Of a stretch of DNA of 64,000 nucleotides, positions 59,977 to 64,000 are shown in pieces. Each line of letters starts with the position of its first letter. Position 1 is the first letter of the stretch. Source of the stretch: Amoebophrya sp. A120 (Eukaryota > Protista > Dinoflagellata). The notes under the pieces were generated by a model. That model had not been told where the DNA came from. It did not search any database and worked only from the letters and a program-made list of their open reading frames with translations. Location: positions 305,271 through 369,270 of the forward strand of contig CAJINV010000012.1 of assembly GCA_905178155.1 (NCBI GenBank), given 5' to 3'. The translations under genes were made by a program, and so were the position numbers.

Positions 59977-62770
59977 TTACTTTGCTGCAGATTCGAAATC
60001 GAAACCTGCAGCGCCATACAAAGTCAAATGCTTTTGACTGACGCAACAAATCCATGACTTCCACTCTGACAAGCTCCAAGCTGGTGGCAGAGGCATAATT
60101 TCCTCGTCCTTTTCGCCCTGAACGTTCCACGTCCACATGTCCTCGAAAGTTAGCTTTTTGGGGTATTTCTTTTCCTTTTCGTCGTCTATCCTTTTCTTTT
60201 CCTCGAAAGTTAGTTTTTTGGGGTATTTCTTTTCTTGGATAATATCAAACCACACAGCATTCGGGGAAAGAACCACCGCACGTTCGGAAACGACTTCAAG
60301 CTCGATAAGCACCGGAAGCCCCTCGTCTTTCGAACGAAACCAGTAAGGAGGACCGGGTCTACAGTTGTCGGGGATACGCAACGAATCGACTTCGACATCG
60401 CTACTTTCGAGGACAACGCTTGCGACATCGCTCTCGCCATCGCTTTCGACATCGCTTTCGACATTGTCATCGCCGGCATCTTTCTGTTTGAAGATTTTTC
60501 GTTGGATGTCCTCGAACAAGATTTTCCAGGCCTGCGGATACATTTGTTCCTCTTGCTGTTGCTCATACGTATCTCCGTCGATAAAGCCGCTTCTGGAGGA
60601 TCCGCCAATCGATATCTCCTGGTAGGGTCCGTCGGAGGGACGCTGTAATCGAGGCCCCACCAGGTTCCTCCGGTAGAGGTCATTTCCCGCCTCGTCTATG
60701 ACCCGAAGCCAGATGGGTTTCCGTAGTCCGGATCCAGGAGCTGTCTCGTCGTACTCCCAAAATCGAAGTTGGTGAAAAGCCCGTCCGTCGACGTACTGCA
60801 TTCCGAAAAGTTGCACCCGCGGGTTCAGTATGCATTGCAAAGATGGCCCGGTCATCCGGAGGATTTCAAAACTGGTGTCCCACTGATATCTATGTGAGAT
60901 GAAAATCACAAGCGATGCATGAAGCGGACTCTGACCGCCAGTCAATACTTTGTCATTCAAGAATGCAACAACTTCTCGCTCTCATCCTCATGCTGGTGCC
61001 GCACTGTGTACCCCTGTCATGGCTGACTGGGGAGCGCTATTGGGGACGAGACCAGCATCACAATTTTTCAGACCCAGACATATTTGCGCTTGGATATTCA
61101 CTATCAGTTCTTGAAGTTTGTGGTCGCTTATATTGTGCTTGCGTCCAAGGACTTTGCGCACATTCCTGTTCACCCCGTTCGCGCCGTCAAACATTTTGAA
61201 GCATCGCTTCGCGCCCATTGGACGTGGCCCCGAAGGCAGCTCTGGAGGAGTGAGGTTGTATCGCTCAATCTCCCAACCGCCGTCTGCGACGTCCGGCGCG
61301 CAACTCCGCAAGTCCATCCCTAGATGGTGTAGAGGGTGCGCAAACCGCTCAGGTATAGAGGAAAGCCGCATAGTACTATCTGAACATACTCACTCGGTAT
61401 GCAGCGGTGTCGCAGGATCGTTCATATGTTTTTGTGGTGGCCGCCTACTTCGCCCCCTATAGCGAAATGCAAGAAATCGGCGTGCTTGCATGCCAAAAGC
61501 CTCGCGTTTGCGGAAGTAAAACAATGCAGCTCTTGCCAGACAAATATGGTGGGGCCACGCTTCTAGTACGAAAAAAAAAATAAAGTATGCGCCTGGCCAG
61601 TATGACAGATACTACGCTCCCGATTTTCCATCCCATATGAGCCAGGTGAAACATGTACGAAAAGTCTATAACGGCATTGAGGTCCCATTCCAGTGGTTGA
61701 TTGAAATCTGTGCAACCAAGGAAAACCATGCGCATGTTTGTCAGCCCGGTGGTTTTCCAGTTGGATATCTTAAATGCGTCCTCGTAGACACCCGACCAAG
61801 GCAGCGCCATGCCATGCTGGAAGCATTTAGGAAAAGGACCCCACCTCCTCGCACCGACGTCCTCCTCCTTGCTTCCGCCGAACTGTTCACCAATTCGAGA
61901 TACGTCCCAATATTCTGTCGGACCGTATTTTTCGACCACTTCCTCTCTTTCCCTCTTAATCTCCTCTTTTTCCCTCTCCGCTTCGTCCGTCTCCGCTTCC
62001 TCCATGTCCGATTCCTCCATCTCTGCTTCCTCCATCTCCGCTTCGCTTGTAGAAGCGGCCCTCCCTTTCTTTTCCCACAGAGCAACAATGCGATCTAGCT
62101 CCTCCCGATTGGGCACGGGAACATAAACACGGCTAGGACGTCGGCGATCTTCATTGTCCGGAGCCGGTGCTGGCGGGGGTGTTGCGTTTAACGAAGAGGT
62201 CTTCTCCTGCACGTCTGGATTTAATATGCCGCTAGAGCTACTAGCACTGCCTGCTGCTTGTTGTTCCGCGCTGGATCGACGAGCTTCGTTCTTGCTGGAA
62301 ACGGTAGCAGCAGCACCCGACCCTTTCGTCGTCTTCCTCCCACGCCGGGGGCCCTGTTTGTCTTGCTTCAGCACGTTATTTCCGGGACGACGTCGTCGAC
62401 GCTCACTTTGTCCTTTTTTTCCTAGCTTACGCGGCGGAGAAGTGGCAGCTCCTGCTCCCTCAGCTCCGCTTGCTGTTCCTGGAGGGCCAGCTCCGGAGGA
62501 AGAACTACAGGGACTCGCACCGGCTCGTTCAGGCGGAGCCACACTGGTACTGGTAGGTGGTTGTAGTCCTTTGCGTCGTTTCTTACACGGGGTACACCGG
62601 GCAGCAATTTGCCGGCGGATTCGCTGCCAGTTGGTAGTACCATGATCCGTTCCTTCTCCGCTCTCAGTGTCAGAACTCCGCCTCCGCTTCTTCAAGTTTT
62701 TCGCGGTTGTTCTGCTCTTCCTCGCAGCGTCCTCTTGCACGACGGCTCCGCTCTTGGATGAAGTCTTCAT
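59977..62770 (-). CDS. DUF285/BspA-like repeat-containing protein (exon structure partly unresolved; may start near 63355)
   Basis: ORF 61457-62770 contains EKYGPTEYWDVSRI and ISNWKTTGLTNMRMVFLGCTDFNQPLEWDLNAVIDFSYMFHLA, matching the DUF285 pattern W.(T/V)S.VT.M..MF....FNQ.L..W. Downstream ORF 59977-60960 is probably part of the same gene. Confidence 0.55.
60139..60235 (-). repeat. Coding direct repeat (EKKYPKKLTFE x2)
   Basis: TCCTCGAAAGTTAG.TTTTTGGGGTATTTCTTTT at 60139 and 60200. Confidence 0.75.
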
Positions 62771-64000
62771 CTACTTGAGCTTGTTGTTATTTCTTGCGGG
62801 CAGCCATTTTTTTCCCGTCCGGCGCATGCGCTGGGTGTTGAGACCCTTGCTCTTGCGGCGACGTTCTCCGGTGGTTTCTATTTCGTTTCTCGCCCCAGCA
62901 CCAGTACCGCTCGTAGAAGCTGCCGCGTGCTATGCTAGTAGAGGACTAGTTCCTCGGCTGTGTTGCAAATCATCCTGCTCAAGCACGGCCTCTCCGGAAG
63001 GACGACCCCGACGTGTAGTTCCACCAGTATTTGTAGCTTCCGCCCGTGAAGATGCAGCAGCTGCCAGTACTCCAAATCGCACACGGGCCCCATAAAAACC
63101 AGAAGCAGGAAAAACAGTATCCCAGAAGACGCTGCTATTGTAAAAACCGGCCCAGATTACAACTGTACGTGTGACGACACGGCGAATTGTAGTTGTCGTG
63201 GGGGTTAGCATCATCGTGGCGGCTGCACTGGTACTCCGGTAGCTGCAGGTACAGGAAGCGCTAGACTGTTTTGCAATATTGAGAAACAGACCCACAATGG
63301 TGATGGTGTGGTACAGGGGTATTATACGTTTATTTTTGGTACTTCTGTCAAGCACAAGCTCGTCTAAAGCGCCTCAAAATACAAGTACAACTGGAAGCAA
63401 TTTGCAATCCACTTCAAGAAGAGTAGAGAGCTGCTGTAGACATGTTGGGCAATCAGATATCATTATCAAAAAAGGCACCACACTTGCGAATCGCAAGGAC
63501 AAGCCTTAGCATCATTCAAATCTTGCATTCTAATTTGTGACGGAACTTATTTGACCTTTTTGTGCCGAAAACAACTTCGAAGCACAATCGGGTAGAGTGC
63601 TAGAACCATTTTCAAATTGAAATTGTATGTTGCGACTCATGAAAAAAGGAAGACACTGCGTGATCTTTAATCTATGACAGGAGCTTGCTGCTCATCGGCC
63701 TTCCTCAAGCGAGGAAGAAGCCACTGGTTCTTGTTTGATCCATATATCAGCAACAGCAGTCACTTTTCTTAAGAGCATTGAGCTTAGGAAACTGTGTTTC
63801 GGCGTTTGCTGGATCTGTTGAAACTCAACACACAACTGCTCACGCTCGGTCTTTGATATCGGACAAAAACTCCTGAACGGCCAGCGCCAGTACTCGTTTG
63901 ATCGTGTTTTCAGTATCTCAAGAACATCAAAACGTTTCTATCTAAGCAGCGTACGGGCGGCACGACGCAGCGAGTCATGTCTCTGTCCAAGCAGAAATCG

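Noticed and set aside
1-64000. rRNA, tRNA, snRNA or spliced-leader genes and an autonomous transposase
   Set aside because: None recognisable by eye; covariance-model and HMM searches are needed to exclude them.

Overview
Eukaryotic (protist) genomic DNA, not prokaryotic. The intron architecture closely matches the parasitic dinoflagellate Amoebophrya (Syndiniales); this taxonomic call is an inference. All genes I could model lie on the minus strand. About 40 short elements (112-348 bp) interrupt coding sequence. Each has terminal inverted repeats (TIRs) reading TAT...ATA and 5-bp flanking direct repeats, and none needs GT-AG. Removing the element plus 5 nt restores the reading frame at every junction I could verify, so they behave as introner-type non-canonical introns alongside ordinary GT-AG introns. 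This rule reconstructs three genes: a ~1730-aa (6-4) photolyase/animal-type cryptochrome-like gene (25918-38770; 29 introners plus 6 GT-AG introns) that lacks both catalytic histidines, a 180-aa cyclophilin H gene (52580-54836), and one of two tandem ~1290-aa paralogues. The window also holds a class I SAM methyltransferase, a DUF285/BspA-like protein, several hypothetical genes, GC-rich islands, a foldback-like repeat, and a diverged duplicate of the cryptochrome 3' end lacking one introner. Key mechanistic signals: introners occur in both orientations in one gene, the direct repeat can decay while the +5 geometry persists, and a subterminal TTTGTCATGC motif is shared by unrelated TIR families. 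All gene models are manual and unverified by transcripts.
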